The position numbers were made by a program, and so were the translations under genes. This document shows positions 40,607 through 54,948 of a stretch of DNA of 64,000 nucleotides, in pieces. The DNA is taken from contig NW_021832375.1 of NCBI RefSeq assembly GCF_006345805.1, positions 124,001 through 188,000 on the forward strand, in the 5' to 3' direction. The notes under the pieces were generated by a model. It saw only the letters and a program-made list of their open reading frames with translations. It did no database searches and was not told the DNA's origin. Origin of the DNA: Octopus sinensis. Lineage: Eukaryota. Within the stretch, counting starts at the first letter, position 1. Each line of letters begins with the position of its first letter.

Positions 40607-40721
40607 ATATATATATATAAATATATATATATATGTGTAGGTCCCGGGTTGAGTCGGGGTTAACCACAGTAAATAAGGTACTCAATACATAGCAGAGTAA
40701 ATTAATTTATTTTATAGAAGG

Positions 40722-40772
40722 AGCTTCTACAGGACTAGAAGTGTTTCATTCAAAAGAAATCATCAGGAAGCT
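40722..40772 (-). ncRNA. Type I hammerhead-like motif (family 2)
   Basis: Reverse complement of 42427-42477 with one stem III mismatch (ACAC instead of ACAG). Confidence 0.5.
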
Positions 40773-41081
40773 AGGTGACAAGAATAGTTTTGGCAATTAT
40801 ACACTTAGGCAGGCTTAAGGGGTGGTGGTGGGGGACTGTTTGGGGTAGGCATGGCGCAAACTATCATTCTTAGGGGAGTGGTCAAAGGAATCAGTGATAA
40901 AGTAGATAAAAGAATAAATAGAATAATAGAGTTTACATACACATACCCACATGTATATATATGTGTGTATATGCCTGTATACCTCTGTGTGGATGTATGT
41001 ATGTATATGGGTGCGCGTACGGAAGTATGTGTATGTGTATGTAGATGTGTGTGTATGTATATGTATGTGTATGTATGTATA

Positions 41082-41128
<47 letters not shown>

Positions 41129-41201
41129 GCGTGTATATATCTGTGTGTGTATATATGTGTATATATGTATGGGTATATATTTGTGTGCGTATGTATGTGT
41201 G

Positions 41202-41248
<47 letters not shown>

Positions 41249-41369
41249 ATATGTATATGTGTGTATATGCCTGTATACCTCTGTGTGGATGTATGTATGT
41301 ATATATATGTGTGTGTGTATATATGTGTATGTATATGTATGTGTATGTAGATGTGTGTGTATGTATATG

Positions 41370-41422
<53 letters not shown>

Positions 41423-41744
41423 ATATATGTATATATACATGCGTGTATATATGTGTGTGTGTATATATGTGTATATATGTATGGGTATATATGTGTATAA
41501 GTATGTATGTATGTGTATGAGTGTATAAGTATGGATTTGTTGGGTTTCTTTTTTTTATATATGTAGATAGATGTGAGTGCGTGTATGTGCGTAGATATGC
41601 GTATGTGTATTGGTATGTGCATGTGTATATATATGTGTATGTATATGTATAGATATATGGATGTATGTGTATGTAGGTATGTATATGACTGGTGTAGGTA
41701 TATATGTGTATGTATATGTAGGTATATACGTGCGTGTATGTGTA

Positions 41745-41785
<41 letters not shown>

Positions 41786-41947
41786 GTATATATATGTATA
41801 TATATGTATATGTATATACATGTGTATATATATATACTTGTGTATATATGTGGACTAGTCTTCTGTGTGTGTGCAGATGTATGTATGTGTATGTTCGTTG
41901 GTCGAGGTCAAATAAACACAATATATATATATGTGTATGTATATATA

Positions 41948-41993
<46 letters not shown>

Positions 41994-42006
41994 AGAGTGT
42001 GTATGA

Positions 42007-42062
<56 letters not shown>

Positions 42063-42426
42063 TATATATATATATATATGGATATGTGAGCGTGTGTGTA
42101 TGGGGGTGTATATCCTCTATTATATTTATTTATTTATTTTACACATATATATGTGTGTACATATTTGTGTGTATGTATGAGTATGGGTATGGGTGAGTAC
42201 GTAGATGTATGTTAATGGGTGCATATGTACATGTGTATACGGATGTTTGTGGGTATGTGTATGTAAACTCTATTATTCTATTTATTCTTTTATCTACTTT
42301 ATCACTGATTCCTTTGACCACTCCCCTAAGAATGATAGTTTGCGCCATGCCTACCCCAAAAAGTCCCCCACCACCACCCCTTAAACCTGCCTAAGTGTAT
42401 AAATGCCAAAATTATTCTTGTCACCT

Positions 42427-42477
42427 AGCTTCCTGATGATTTCTTTTGAATGAAACAGTTCTAGTCCTGTAGAAGCT
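42427..42477 (+). ncRNA. Type I hammerhead-like motif (family 2)
   Basis: AGCUUC-CUGAUGA-UUUC(uuuu)GAAU-GAAA-CAG(uucuaguc)CUG-UA-GAAGCU: 6-bp stem I, 4-bp stem III, GUA triplet. The first stem II pair is a non-canonical U.U. Confidence 0.6.
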
Positions 42478-42690
42478 CCTTCTATAAAATAAATATATAT
42501 ATATATATATACTACAAAATTAGAAAATGGAGAAACATACTTAAATCAATAAAACATCAACCATAAGATGATACCCAATCAATACTTTTTTACACCATTA
42601 CATATCAGTAAAGGCATTATATAACATATATAGTAAATATAAATAGACAAGGAACTGGAAATATAAAATATAAAATATAATATGTAATTG

Positions 42691-42818
42691 TAACATATCT
42701 GACAGCTGTTTCGGCAGTAAGGGCAGTTATACCTCATTTAACCTATAAGCCATTAAGGCAGGTATAAATGAGGCATTAACAAGGATGCCCCACGGCCTCT
42801 TCAGAGAATTTAATGTTA
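42691..42818 (-). ncRNA. Type I hammerhead with extended stem II (family 3), inverted copy
   Basis: Reverse complement of 48731-48858. Confidence 0.72.
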
Positions 42819-43217
42819 TAATTGTGAAAAAATTATGAAAAAATTATTTTTCCATATACATATAAATATAAAAATATAAACATGTAATATATAAAAAACT
42901 TGTGCATAAACTCCATCCTACTACACATATACAATACTCATTGATACACTAATGCAAGGTAAACAAAACAAAATAAAACAAAATATATAAAAAACAAAAT
43001 ATAAAATATATATCAGTGTATATATTAATATTAATAAGCACAGTTATTTTACATATTTGGCTAATAGTTCTAAAAATTAACACATAGGGAGATATATGAT
43101 CACTACTATTTAAATTAATATTCTATCTATACCTGAAAAATAATAATAATAATAGAAAACCATAGTTCAGTTCATAAAATTATAAATCTATAAAAGTCAA
43201 TAATAATTACTATTAAT

Positions 43218-43257
<40 letters not shown>

Positions 43258-43891
43258 GATACAGTTAAGTTTGTAACAAGTCCATCCTTTCAAAATTGAT
43301 ATAACTATGAGTTAAGTTAGTCTGTCCGCTTGGAATTGATTATTCTCGATTAATTCGATTGGCTTGTAGTTTGAAATTTGAATCACGAAAGAAATTTTAC
43401 GGTTGGTTAGTCAAGAAACGCATATACGCACACGCACATCCATAGATCAAACGCACATACATACATAATTACATGTACACACACACACATACACTTGTAT
43501 ACAAACATATCTACAATCAACCCCTAGCACATAGATAAATAAATAAATAAGGGAGCAACTAAACTGCCATCTAGTCTTTCAAAATTATAACTATGCTACA
43601 AAAAACAAGAGAGATCCGCTCACTTAATTTCATAAAAAATATTTGTTTCAAAGATGTATATATTTATATATCAATATATCACTATATCGGATGCTATTTC
43701 ATTAGGTGCCATGGTGGGTTGAATTTTCAACCCTCATCTCATTTTATAACCTAAATTTATCTTTTGAGGAACCTGAATTGCTCATACTGGTGTAATTGAA
43801 ACATCCATTTATTGATCTAAGTATTAATAGTGTATGTGAATACACCCTAGTATAGTACATTTATTCCTCCTTGATCATTACTGCTAGTAAA

Positions 43892-46564
43892 ATGGAGAAA
43901 ATATTAATCAATTCATCAATGAAAGATGTACCTATCCCTACCAAAGACCATTACACTAAAGAGCTAATTTATAGAATTAATGAATTTATCCACAGTATTA
44001 GATGGAGGATTTTCCACCATGAGAACTATAACAAAAAAACAAACCAACAACATAATGGGGAAACGATCCGGAATAGAACTGGAAGTACCTATGAAGAAAT
44101 AATAAAATTAACAGGCACTACATTTAAATCTAGGAAGTCTCTTCCACCAAATACACATCTAGATAATTTTGAACAAGAACTTTGGGAGACTATAAAAAAC
44201 ATAAAATTTAGAAACCATCCTTTGAGATATAACCCGCACCAAAGGGAATTAAAAGATTTAATAAGAACTCTCAAGAGTAAGAAAGGCATTCTAACACACT
44301 CTGACAAAACCAACAACATCTATAATATTGACATTCCTAAATATCACGATCTACTACATAAAGAAATAACTAAGAAATACAAAGTTGTACCTCTTGGTAC
44401 ACTTAGAAAATTGAACCTTGAGATCAGGGAAATAATATTGGACTACCACCTAGAAGAAAAAACGGAACCGTACACCCCATCCAGACCGAGAATCACACTA
44501 AAGGACCATAAAGAGAACTTTCTTGGAAACACACAGGTCAGATTAATTTGCCCCACCAAGTCTGACTTAGGAAGACTAAGCAAACTCATTCTAGACAAAT
44601 ATCTACCCACTATTCGCAGTAAAATTAAACTAAACCTTTGGAAGAATACTCAGGGTGCTTTGGATTGGTTTTCAACCATTAAGGTCTGTGACAACAACAA
44701 CAACAGTTATAATAGAAGTAAATTCATCCAATTTGATATACAGAATTATTACACTTCCATTAACCCTATTATCTTAAATAAGGCGTTAATTTTTGCTAGA
44801 AAACACACTAAATTAAGTATGGGGGAGATTAAGGTTATATTAACTGCCAGGAAAACTTTAATAGAGTTTGATAATAAACTTTGGGCTAGGAAGGACACAC
44901 CCAACTTGTTCGACATCACTATGGGATCGCCGGACTCGGCGGAGGTGACGGATCTAGTAGGGATGTATCTATTAGATAACTTTAGTAGGGAATTCCCTGA
45001 ATTAAAAGGTGGATTATACAGGGATGACGCATTATTTTGTGTTAAGAATACAACTAATAGGAGATTAGATCTTCTGAAAAAAAGAATTAATAAATTTTTT
45101 TAAAGTTTCGGCCTATCTATTATCTTTGAAAGTGAAAACTATTCTGCTAATTATTTAGATGCTAATTGTAACATTACAAATGGTTTACATGAACCTTATA
45201 TAAAACCCAACTCTAATTTAATATATATAAACCGTTTAAGCAATCACCCCCCTCAAATTAAAAATGCACTAGTACGTAGCATTAGTCAGAGGATTTCTTG
45301 TTTATCCTCTAACGAGGAAATTTTTAGCAAGCATTGTGATAGATACAATGTAGCATTGCTAAAAGCAGGATACAAAAGCAAAATATGGTATATACCTAAG
45401 GGAAACCCTCCAAATGGAGGTGGAACTATTAGGAACAACGCTAATAGATTTAGGATAAACAATATTAAATATAAGAATAGAAAAAATAGAACATATGATA
45501 ACGCCCATGGTAGTTATAGTGGTGATGTTAACCTCAGAACGGTGAACGGTAGCTTAAATAGATCTGAGCAAACGGGTAATACTAGCAATATTAATAATAT
45601 ACATATAAAAACTTATGGTAGATATGATAACAATCTTAGGAATATTGATATGGATAGATATAACAATGACATTGGTAAGAATAGTAAACATATGGGTTGG
45701 TCTAGGAATAGGATTTTTACAAAAAACAATAACTCGATAGGCAATCCTAATTCGGATAAGGATACACTCTGGCTGATTATCCCATATGCAATGCAGATCA
45801 AAACGGACATAGTTAGAGCTTTGCATAATGTAATATTTAGGCATTTTGGTAAGGATAGGAATAAATTTAGTCATTTAATTAATAATGGTACTGTTAGAGT
45901 AGGATATAGCATTACTCATAATATAGCCACCATTATCTCCTCTTTTAATAACAGGAAACTGGATTACTTCTATAAAGATAGAAAGTTGAATTTAGATAAT
46001 AGAAATTTGCCCCCCTTTAATAATAGGAACAGTAACTCTTCTGGAACCAACGGGAACAACCCTCTTAACAATTGTAATCCTTCTAATGTGAATGGTGGTA
46101 CAGGATTGGGGACCAATCTTAGATTACCCCAATCTGTCAATAACTGCAATTGCAGAAGTAGAAATAAATGTGTGTTTGATAATCAATGCCTCAGGAAGGA
46201 GGTAGTTTACCAATGCACTGTGGTTACACAATTTAGTAGTAGGGTGTACATCGGAGCAACCATGAATAGTATGAAACAGAGACTTAATTATCACAGATAT
46301 ACTTTTAGAAATATAAATAGGATGTACTCCACGGGGTTAAGTGCATACATTTGGGAACTAAAAAGTAAGAACTTAGATTTTAGATTAAATTGGAAAATAT
46401 TAACTTCGGCACCTGTGTATAATGGAAAAAATAAAAAATGCTCTCTATGTATTAATGAAATTTTTTTCATTATTAAAGCGGGCAGGCATATTATTAACAA
46501 CATAAATGAAAAAAACTTTTTTTGCATTCATAGACTATCGTTCACCTTTTCTAGATTCAAATAG
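43892..46564 (+). pseudogene. Penelope-like ORF (RT + C-terminal GIY-YIG endonuclease), ~890 codons with one in-frame TAA
   Basis: SDKT motif, FDIQNYYTS, ITMGSPDSAE, YRDD. TAA at 45101-03, then the same frame continues (SFGLSI...YLD...KP...SNHPP). Linker CNCRSRNKC; EN VVYQC...VYIGAT...RLNYH. Confidence 0.92.
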
Positions 46565-48266
46565 AACTTAGCATCTCTACTAATAATATTTTTAACTCCC
46601 TTCTGTAACTAACTATACTAGTGGTCTTCTATAATTCTTAAACATGCAATTTATAAATTTATAATTTTTATATATTTTGTAGCTACACATGTATAATATT
46701 GGATGTGTCCAGTATTAATTGTTTTTTGTTTTTTGTATGTGGGTTTTTTGTCTTGTTTTTAAGGGAAATACACTATGACAAGAAATAACTTATTCAGTTT
46801 GGTATTTGCCTTGTAATATGTGATTCTTGAAGTTTTCCAATATTGCATGGTGTATATGAATATCTTGGTTAGTTACCTAACTATGGATAAAGTAATACTA
46901 TTGTATAATATATGAGAAACCTTTTGGGAGTTTGTTTTGTTTAGGTTGAGAATCTAGGTTTTTTGTATATGTTTATTTGGTAGGTTTATATTGTATATTT
47001 GGTCTTTCTATATTCACCTTAATTTGTAACTTATGCTATTTACTAATAAACTTTTTCACTTATAAACATTTAGTTTTATAAATATTAGTAGCCTTATATA
47101 TTTAGTCTATATTTATAGTCTTCTGGATCTGTACATTTAATTATCCATCTATCCATTTTTTACTTACTATTTACAGATATGAATCTTCATAATATTAGCC
47201 TGTATACCAAGTTTATATTGGTACTTTCTTCAATATATATCTTCTCTTTTATATATATATGGATTTATGCATATTAGCATTACTATATATTAGTTTTGCC
47301 TGTACCTATGCATTTATCCGAATTGGTTCTCTATAGTATCTATCTATGCATTTGGTCTTCTAATTATTTATTTATTTATTTATTTATTTACTTATCTAAG
47401 GGTAGATTTATACATACATATCAAGTAATCCAATTATTTACTTATTTATTTATTTACTTATTTAAGTGTAGATTTATACATGCATATCAATCATTTATTT
47501 TTAATAATATGTGAATCCATATATACTGGTTTGTATTTACATTATGTGTGTAATCGTAATTACTTATTCTTATTTTATCGCATGTTAACTTAAGTATTCA
47601 CATTCTATTAATTTATTTTATTTCTGTGATTTTCTTATATACGATTGCATTAGTGTTTCCCTTAGTTGTTATTATTTAATGCCTAATCTAGTTTATAATG
47701 GCATAGAATTTATTAAGTTAAAAGAGATATATAGTTATAATATAATAATTAATTTTTAGTTTTTAACTTAATCATAAAAATTTTGACAATATTAAAACCG
47801 GTGCTAAATACGGAACGCACCTAATGAAATAGCATCCGATATAGTGATATATTGATATATAAATATATACATCTTTGAAACAAATATTTTTTATGAAATT
47901 AAGTGAGCGGATCTCTCTTGTTTTTTGTAGCATAGTTATAATTTTGAAAGACTAGATGGCAGTTTAGTTGCTCCCTTATTTATTTATTTATCTATGTGCT
48001 AGGGGTTGATTGTAGATATGTTTGTATACAAGTGTATGTGTGTGTGTACATGTAATTATGTATGTATGTGCGTTTGATCTATGGATGTGCGTGTGCGTAT
48101 ATGCGTTTCTTGACTAACCAACCGTAAAATTTCTTTCGTGATTCAAATTTCAAACTACAAGCCAATCGAATTAATCGAGAATAATCAATTCCAAGCGGAC
48201 AGACTAACTTAACTCATAGTTATATCAATTTTGAAAGGATGGACTTGTTACAAACTTAACTGTATC

Positions 48267-48316
<50 letters not shown>

Positions 48317-48730
48317 TATTATTATTATTAATATTAATAGTAATTATTATTGACTTTTATAGATTTATAATTTTATGAACTGAACTATGGTTTTCTATTA
48401 TTATTATTATTTTTCAGGTATAGATAGAATATTAATTTAAATAGTAGTGAGCATATATCTCCCTATGTGTTAATTTTTAGAACTATTAGCCAAATATGTA
48501 AAATAACTGTGCTTATTAATATTAATATATATACTGATATATATTTTATATTTTGTTTTTTATATATTTTGTTTTATTTTGTTTTGTTTACCTTGCATTA
48601 GTGTATCAATGAGTATTGTATATGTGTAGTAGGATGGAGTTTATGCACAAGTTTTTTATATATTACATGTTTATATTTTTATATTTATATGTATATGCAA
48701 AAATAATTTTTCATAATTTTTTCACAATTA

Positions 48731-48858
48731 TAACATTAAATTCTCTGAAGAGGCCGTGGGGCATCCTTGTTAATGCCTCATTTATACCTGCCTTAATGGC
48801 TTATAGGTTAAATGAGGTATAACTGCCCTTACTGCCGAAACAGCTGTCAGATATGTTA
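48731..48858 (+). ncRNA. Type I hammerhead with ~85-nt extended stem II (family 3) in the Penelope 3' repeat
   Basis: UAACAU(uaaau)UCU-CUGAAGA-GGC...GCC-GAAA-C(AGCU)G-UC-AGA(u)AUGUUA; palindromic ACAGCUGU stem III; GUC cleavage after 48848. Confidence 0.75.
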
Positions 48859-49224
48859 CAATTACATATTATATTTTATATTTTATATTTCCAGTTCCTT
48901 GTCTATTTATATTTACTATATATGTTATATAATGCCTTTACTGATATGTAATGGTGTAAAAAAGTATTGATTGGGTATCATCTTATGGTTGATGTTTTAT
49001 TGATTTAAGTATGTTTCTTCATTTTCTAATTTTGTAGCATTAATTTACGGTAATATTATTACCTTTGCCCAAATAATACAATAGATGAACTAATTGCTTG
49101 GTAATTTTTAACATCTATGTATTAGTCTTGTTGGGTACCTATCTAGCAGTATATTGGATATATGTTATCCCATGGTGGGTTGAATTTTCAACCCTCATCT
49201 CATTTTATAACCTATATATATATA

Positions 49225-49724
49225 TAATAAACATAATAAACATAAAGAAGTTATTATGCACGTACGCTGCGAAATATATAATAAACCTTTACGTAAATAA
49301 ATAACGTGAAATACACGAAGGGACGAACAAAAAGACAAAACGGTCATTCAAAGCCTTCATTCTTCAGTCAGAAACTGATCCCTCATCGCAGATTTCGGCT
49401 GTTTAATTCTGAGATCCGCTCCGAATCAGCCAGCCACAGAAGGAAAGAATGCAACGCAACAGAGACGAACATGAAACACACACACACATATATATATACA
49501 TACACACACACACATATATATACATACACACATACATATATATATACATACACACATACATATATATATATATATATGTATATAATAAACCTTTAGATAA
49601 ATAAATAATAACATATATATATATATATATACATACACATATATATACATACACACACACACATATATATATACATACACACACACATATAAATACATAC
49701 ACACATACATATATATATATACAT

Positions 49725-49767
<43 letters not shown>

Positions 49768-50125
49768 ATAAACCTTTGCAGAAATAAATAAAAACATATA
49801 TATATATATATACATACACACACACATATATATACATGCACACACACACATATATATACATACACACAAACATATATATACATACACACATACATATATA
49901 TATATATGTATATAATAAACCTTTAGATAAATAAATAATAACATATATATATATATATATATATACATACACACACACATATATATATATATGTCTATAA
50001 TAAACCTTTACATAAATAAATAATAACATATATATATATAATACATACACACACACATATATATACATACACACATACATATATATATATGTATATAATA
50101 AACCTTTAGATAAATAAATAATAAC

Positions 50126-50157
<32 letters not shown>

Positions 50158-50648
50158 TACACACACACATATATATATATATGTATATAATAAACCTTTA
50201 CATAAATAAATAATAACATATATATATACACACACACATATATACATACACACACATATATATATACATACACACATACATATATATATATATATATGTA
50301 TATAATAAACCTTTAGATAAATAAATAATAACATATATATACATATACATACACACACACACACAAACACACATATATATACTTACACACACACACATAT
50401 ATATATACATACACACACAAACACACAAATATATATACATACTCACACAAACATATATACATACACACACATACATATATACATACACACACACATATAT
50501 ATATATATACATACACACACACATATATATATACATACACACATATATATATATATATACATATATATATACATACATACACACATAAATATATATACAT
50601 ACACACATATATATATATACATATATATATACATACATACATACATAT

Positions 50649-50713
<65 letters not shown>

Positions 50714-52051
50714 ATATATATTTAATAAACCTTTATATAAATAAATAACGTGAAATACACGAAGGGACGAACAAAATTACAAACGGGTCATTCAAAGCCT
50801 TCATTCTTCAGTCAGAAACTGATCCCTCATCGCAGATTTCGGCCGTTCAATTCTGAGATCCGCTCCGAATCAGCCAGCCACAGAAGGAAAGAATGCAACG
50901 CAACAGAGACGAACATGAAACGAAAAATCTTTTTTGGAGATAGTAACTTTTAAAAACATGGATGATACAGGCGCTCTACGGCTTTAACACAAAGAAGAGA
51001 GACACAAAAACAATATCAGCAAGCGTGGAAAAATAATTACCTTTTCGGTGATAAGACACATTTTGAACAAGTGGCCGATGGAAAGAGAATGGCTGAGGCA
51101 GCAAGTCGCAAGAGGGTGAGAGAGATGAGGGACTAAGAGAGAGAGGGGACCAAGGAGGGTAGAAGGCGAGGACAGAAGCAGTGACCGAGAGAGAGAGAGG
51201 GAGAGAAGGAATCAGAGAAGAAGCAGTGATCAAGAGAGAGAGGGAGAGAAGGAATCAGGGAGGCTGGGAGAAAAAGGCGCCAAAACAATTTGGCAACGAA
51301 GCAATGGCGAAGGAAAGAATATAGTTTAAAGACATCGTGCAGGGGTTTTGATATAATAAACGTAAAGAAGTTATTATGCACGTACGCTGCGAAATATATA
51401 ATAAACATTTACATAAATAAATAACGTGAAATACACGAAGGGACGAACAAAAAGACAAACGGTTCATTCAAAGCCTTCATTCTTCAGTCAGAAACTGATC
51501 CCTCATCGCAGATTTCGGCCGTTTAATTCTGAGATCCGCTCCGAATCAGCCAGCCACAGAAGGTAAGAATGCAACGCAACAGAGACGAACATACACACAC
51601 ACATATATATACATACACATGCACACACATATATATACATACACACACACATATATATACATACACACATACATAAAAATATATATGTATATAAAAAACC
51701 TTTAGATGAATAAATAATAACATATATATATATATATATACATACACACACACACATATATATATACATACACACACACATATATATACATGCACACACA
51801 CACATATATATACATACACACACACACAAATATATACATACACACACACACAAAAACACATATATATACTTACACACACACACATATATATACATACACA
51901 CACATACATATATACATACACACACATACATGTATACATACACACACACACATATATATATACACACACACACACATATATATATATACATACACACATA
52001 TATATATATACATACATACATACATACATATATACATACATACAGATATAT

Positions 52052-52095
<44 letters not shown>

Positions 52096-53425
52096 ATAAT
52101 ATATATATATAATAAACCTTTATATAAATAAATAACGTGAAATACATGAAGGGACGAACAAAATGACAAACGGGTCATTCAAAGCCTTCTTTCTTCAGTC
52201 AGAAAATGATCCCTCATCGCAGATTTCGGCCATTCAATTCTGAGATCCGCTCCGAATCAGCCAGCCACAGAAGGAAAGAATGCAACGCAACAGAGACGAA
52301 CATGAAACGAAAAATCTTTTTTGGAGACAGTAACGGTGTAAAACATGGATGACACAGGCGCCCTACGGCTTTAACACAAAAAGAGAGACACAAAAACAAT
52401 ATCAGCAAGCGTGGAAAAATAATTACCTTTTCGGTGATAAGACACATTTTGAACAAGTGGCCGATGGAAAGAGAATGGCTGAGGCAGCAAGTCGCAAGAG
52501 GGTGAGAGAGATGAGGGACTAAGAGAGAGAGGGGACCAAGGAGGGTAGAAGGCGAGGACAGAAGCAGTGACCGAGAGAGAGAGAGGGAGAGAAGGAATCA
52601 GAGAAGAAGCAGTAATCAAGAGAGAGAGGGAGAGAAGGAATCAGAGAGGCTGGGAGAAAAAGGCGCCAAAACAATTTGGCAACGAAGCAATGGCAAAGGA
52701 AAGAATATAGTTTAAAGACATCGTGCAGGGGTTTTGATATGATAAACATAAAGAAGTTATTATGCACGTACGCTACGAAATATATAATAAACATTTACAT
52801 AAATAAATAACGTGAAATACACGAAGGGACGAACAAAAAGACAAACGGTTCATTCAAAGCCTTCATTCTTCAGTCAGAAACTGATCCCTCATCGCAGATT
52901 TCGGCCGTTTAATTCTGAGATCCGCTCCGAATCAGCCAGCCACAGAAGGTAAGAATGCAACGCAACAGAGACGAACATACACACACACATATATATACAT
53001 ACACATGCACACACATATATATACATACACACACACATATATATACATACACACATACATAAAAATATATATGTATATAATAAACCTTTAGATGAATAAA
53101 TAATAACATATATATATATATATACATACACACACACACATATATATACATACACACACACATATATATACATGCACACACACACATATATATACATACA
53201 CACACACACAAATATATACATACACACACACACAAAAACACATATATATACTTACACACACACACATATATATACATACACACACACATACATATATACA
53301 TACACACACATACATGTATACATACACACACACACATATATATATACACACAGACACACATATATATATATACATACACACATATATATATATACATATA
53401 TATACATGCATACATACATACATAT

Positions 53426-53467
<42 letters not shown>

Positions 53468-54894
53468 AACGTTTATATAAATAAATAACGTGAAATACAT
53501 GAAGGGACGAACAAAATGACAAACGGGTCATTCAAAGCCTTCTTTCTTCAGTCAGAAAATGATCCCTCATCGCAGATTTCGGCCGTTCAATTCTGAGATC
53601 CGCTCCGAATCAGCCAGCCAAGAAGGAAAGAATGCAACGCAACAGAGACGAACATGAAACGAAAAATCTTTTTTGGAGACAGTAACGGTGTAAAACATGG
53701 ATGACACAGGCCCCTACGGCTTTAACACAAAAAGAGAGACACAAAAACAATATCAGCAAGCCTTGAAAAATAATTACATTTTCGGTGATAAGATACATTT
53801 TGAACCAGTGGCCGATGGAACAGAATGGCTGAGGCAGCAAGTCGCAAGAGGGTAAGAGAGAGGGGACCACGGAGGGTTGAAGGAAATGGCAGAAGCAGTG
53901 ACCGAGAGAGAGAGAGGGAGAGAAGGAATCAGAGAAGAAGCAGTGATCAAGAGAGAGAGGAGAGAAGGAATCAGAGAAGAAGCAGTAATCAAGAGAGAGA
54001 GGGGACCAAGGAGGGTAGAAGGCGAGGACAGAAGCAGTGACCGAGAGAGAGAGAGGAGAGAAGGAATCAGAGAAGAAGCAGTAATCAAGAGAGAGAGGAG
54101 AGAAGGAATCAGAGAGGCTGGGAGAAAAAGGCGCCAAAACAATTTGGCAACGAAGCAATGGCAAAGGAAAGAATATAGTTTAAAGACATCGTGCAGGGGT
54201 TTTGATATGATAAACATAAAGAAGTTATTATGCACGTACGCTGCGAAATATATAATAACATTTACATAAATAAATAACGTGAAATACACGAAGGGACGAA
54301 CAAAAAGACAAACGGTTCATTCAAAGCCTTCATTCTTCAGTCAGAAACTGATCCCTCATCGCAGATTTCGGCCGTTTAATTCTGAGATCCGCTCCGAATC
54401 AGCCAGCCACAGAAGGTAAGAATGCAACGCAACAGAGACGAACATACACACACACATATATATACATACACATGCACACACATATATATACATACACACA
54501 CACATATATATACATACCACACACATACATAAAAATATATATGTATATAATAAACCTTTAGATGAATAAATAATAACATATATATATATATATACATACA
54601 CACACACACATATATATACATACACACACACATATATATACATGCACACACACACATATATATATACATACACACACACACAAATATATACATACACACA
54701 CACACAAAAACACATATATATACTACACACACACACATATATATACATACACCACACATACATATATACATACACACCACATACATGTATACATACACAC
54801 ACACACATATATATATACACACAGACACACATATATATATATACATACACACATATATATATACATATATATACATGCATACATACATACATAT

Positions 54895-54948
<54 letters not shown>

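Larger units (their letters stand above)
40636..42493. mobile_element. Non-coding element with ~250-bp inverted arms, each with a hammerhead-like motif, around a 1.3-kb microsatellite core
   Basis: ~40704-40951 is the reverse complement of ~42247-42493; the core is (TA)/(TG)/(TATG)n. Confidence 0.75.
42512..49213 (+). mobile_element. Penelope-like retroelement with inverted 5' copy of its 3' region and a short tandem tail
   Basis: 42512-43709 is the reverse complement of ~47818-49037; 43710-43753 recurs directly at 49170-49213; RT + GIY-YIG ORF lies between. Confidence 0.92.

Noticed and set aside
45101-45103. Selenocysteine recoding or Naiad assignment of the Penelope ORF
   Set aside because: The internal stop is TAA, not TGA, and the endonuclease is C-terminal, whereas Naiads have it N-terminal.
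49345-49400. Type II hammerhead on the minus strand of array module A (GAAA...AUC...CUGAAGA)
   Set aside because: Stem III can form, but stem I and stem II closing pairs do not (A.A and A.C).
49306-49596. Recurrent ORF MKYTKGRTKRQ... in the array
   Set aside because: GTG start, runs into microsatellite, recurs only because the DNA is repeated, and has no domain signature.
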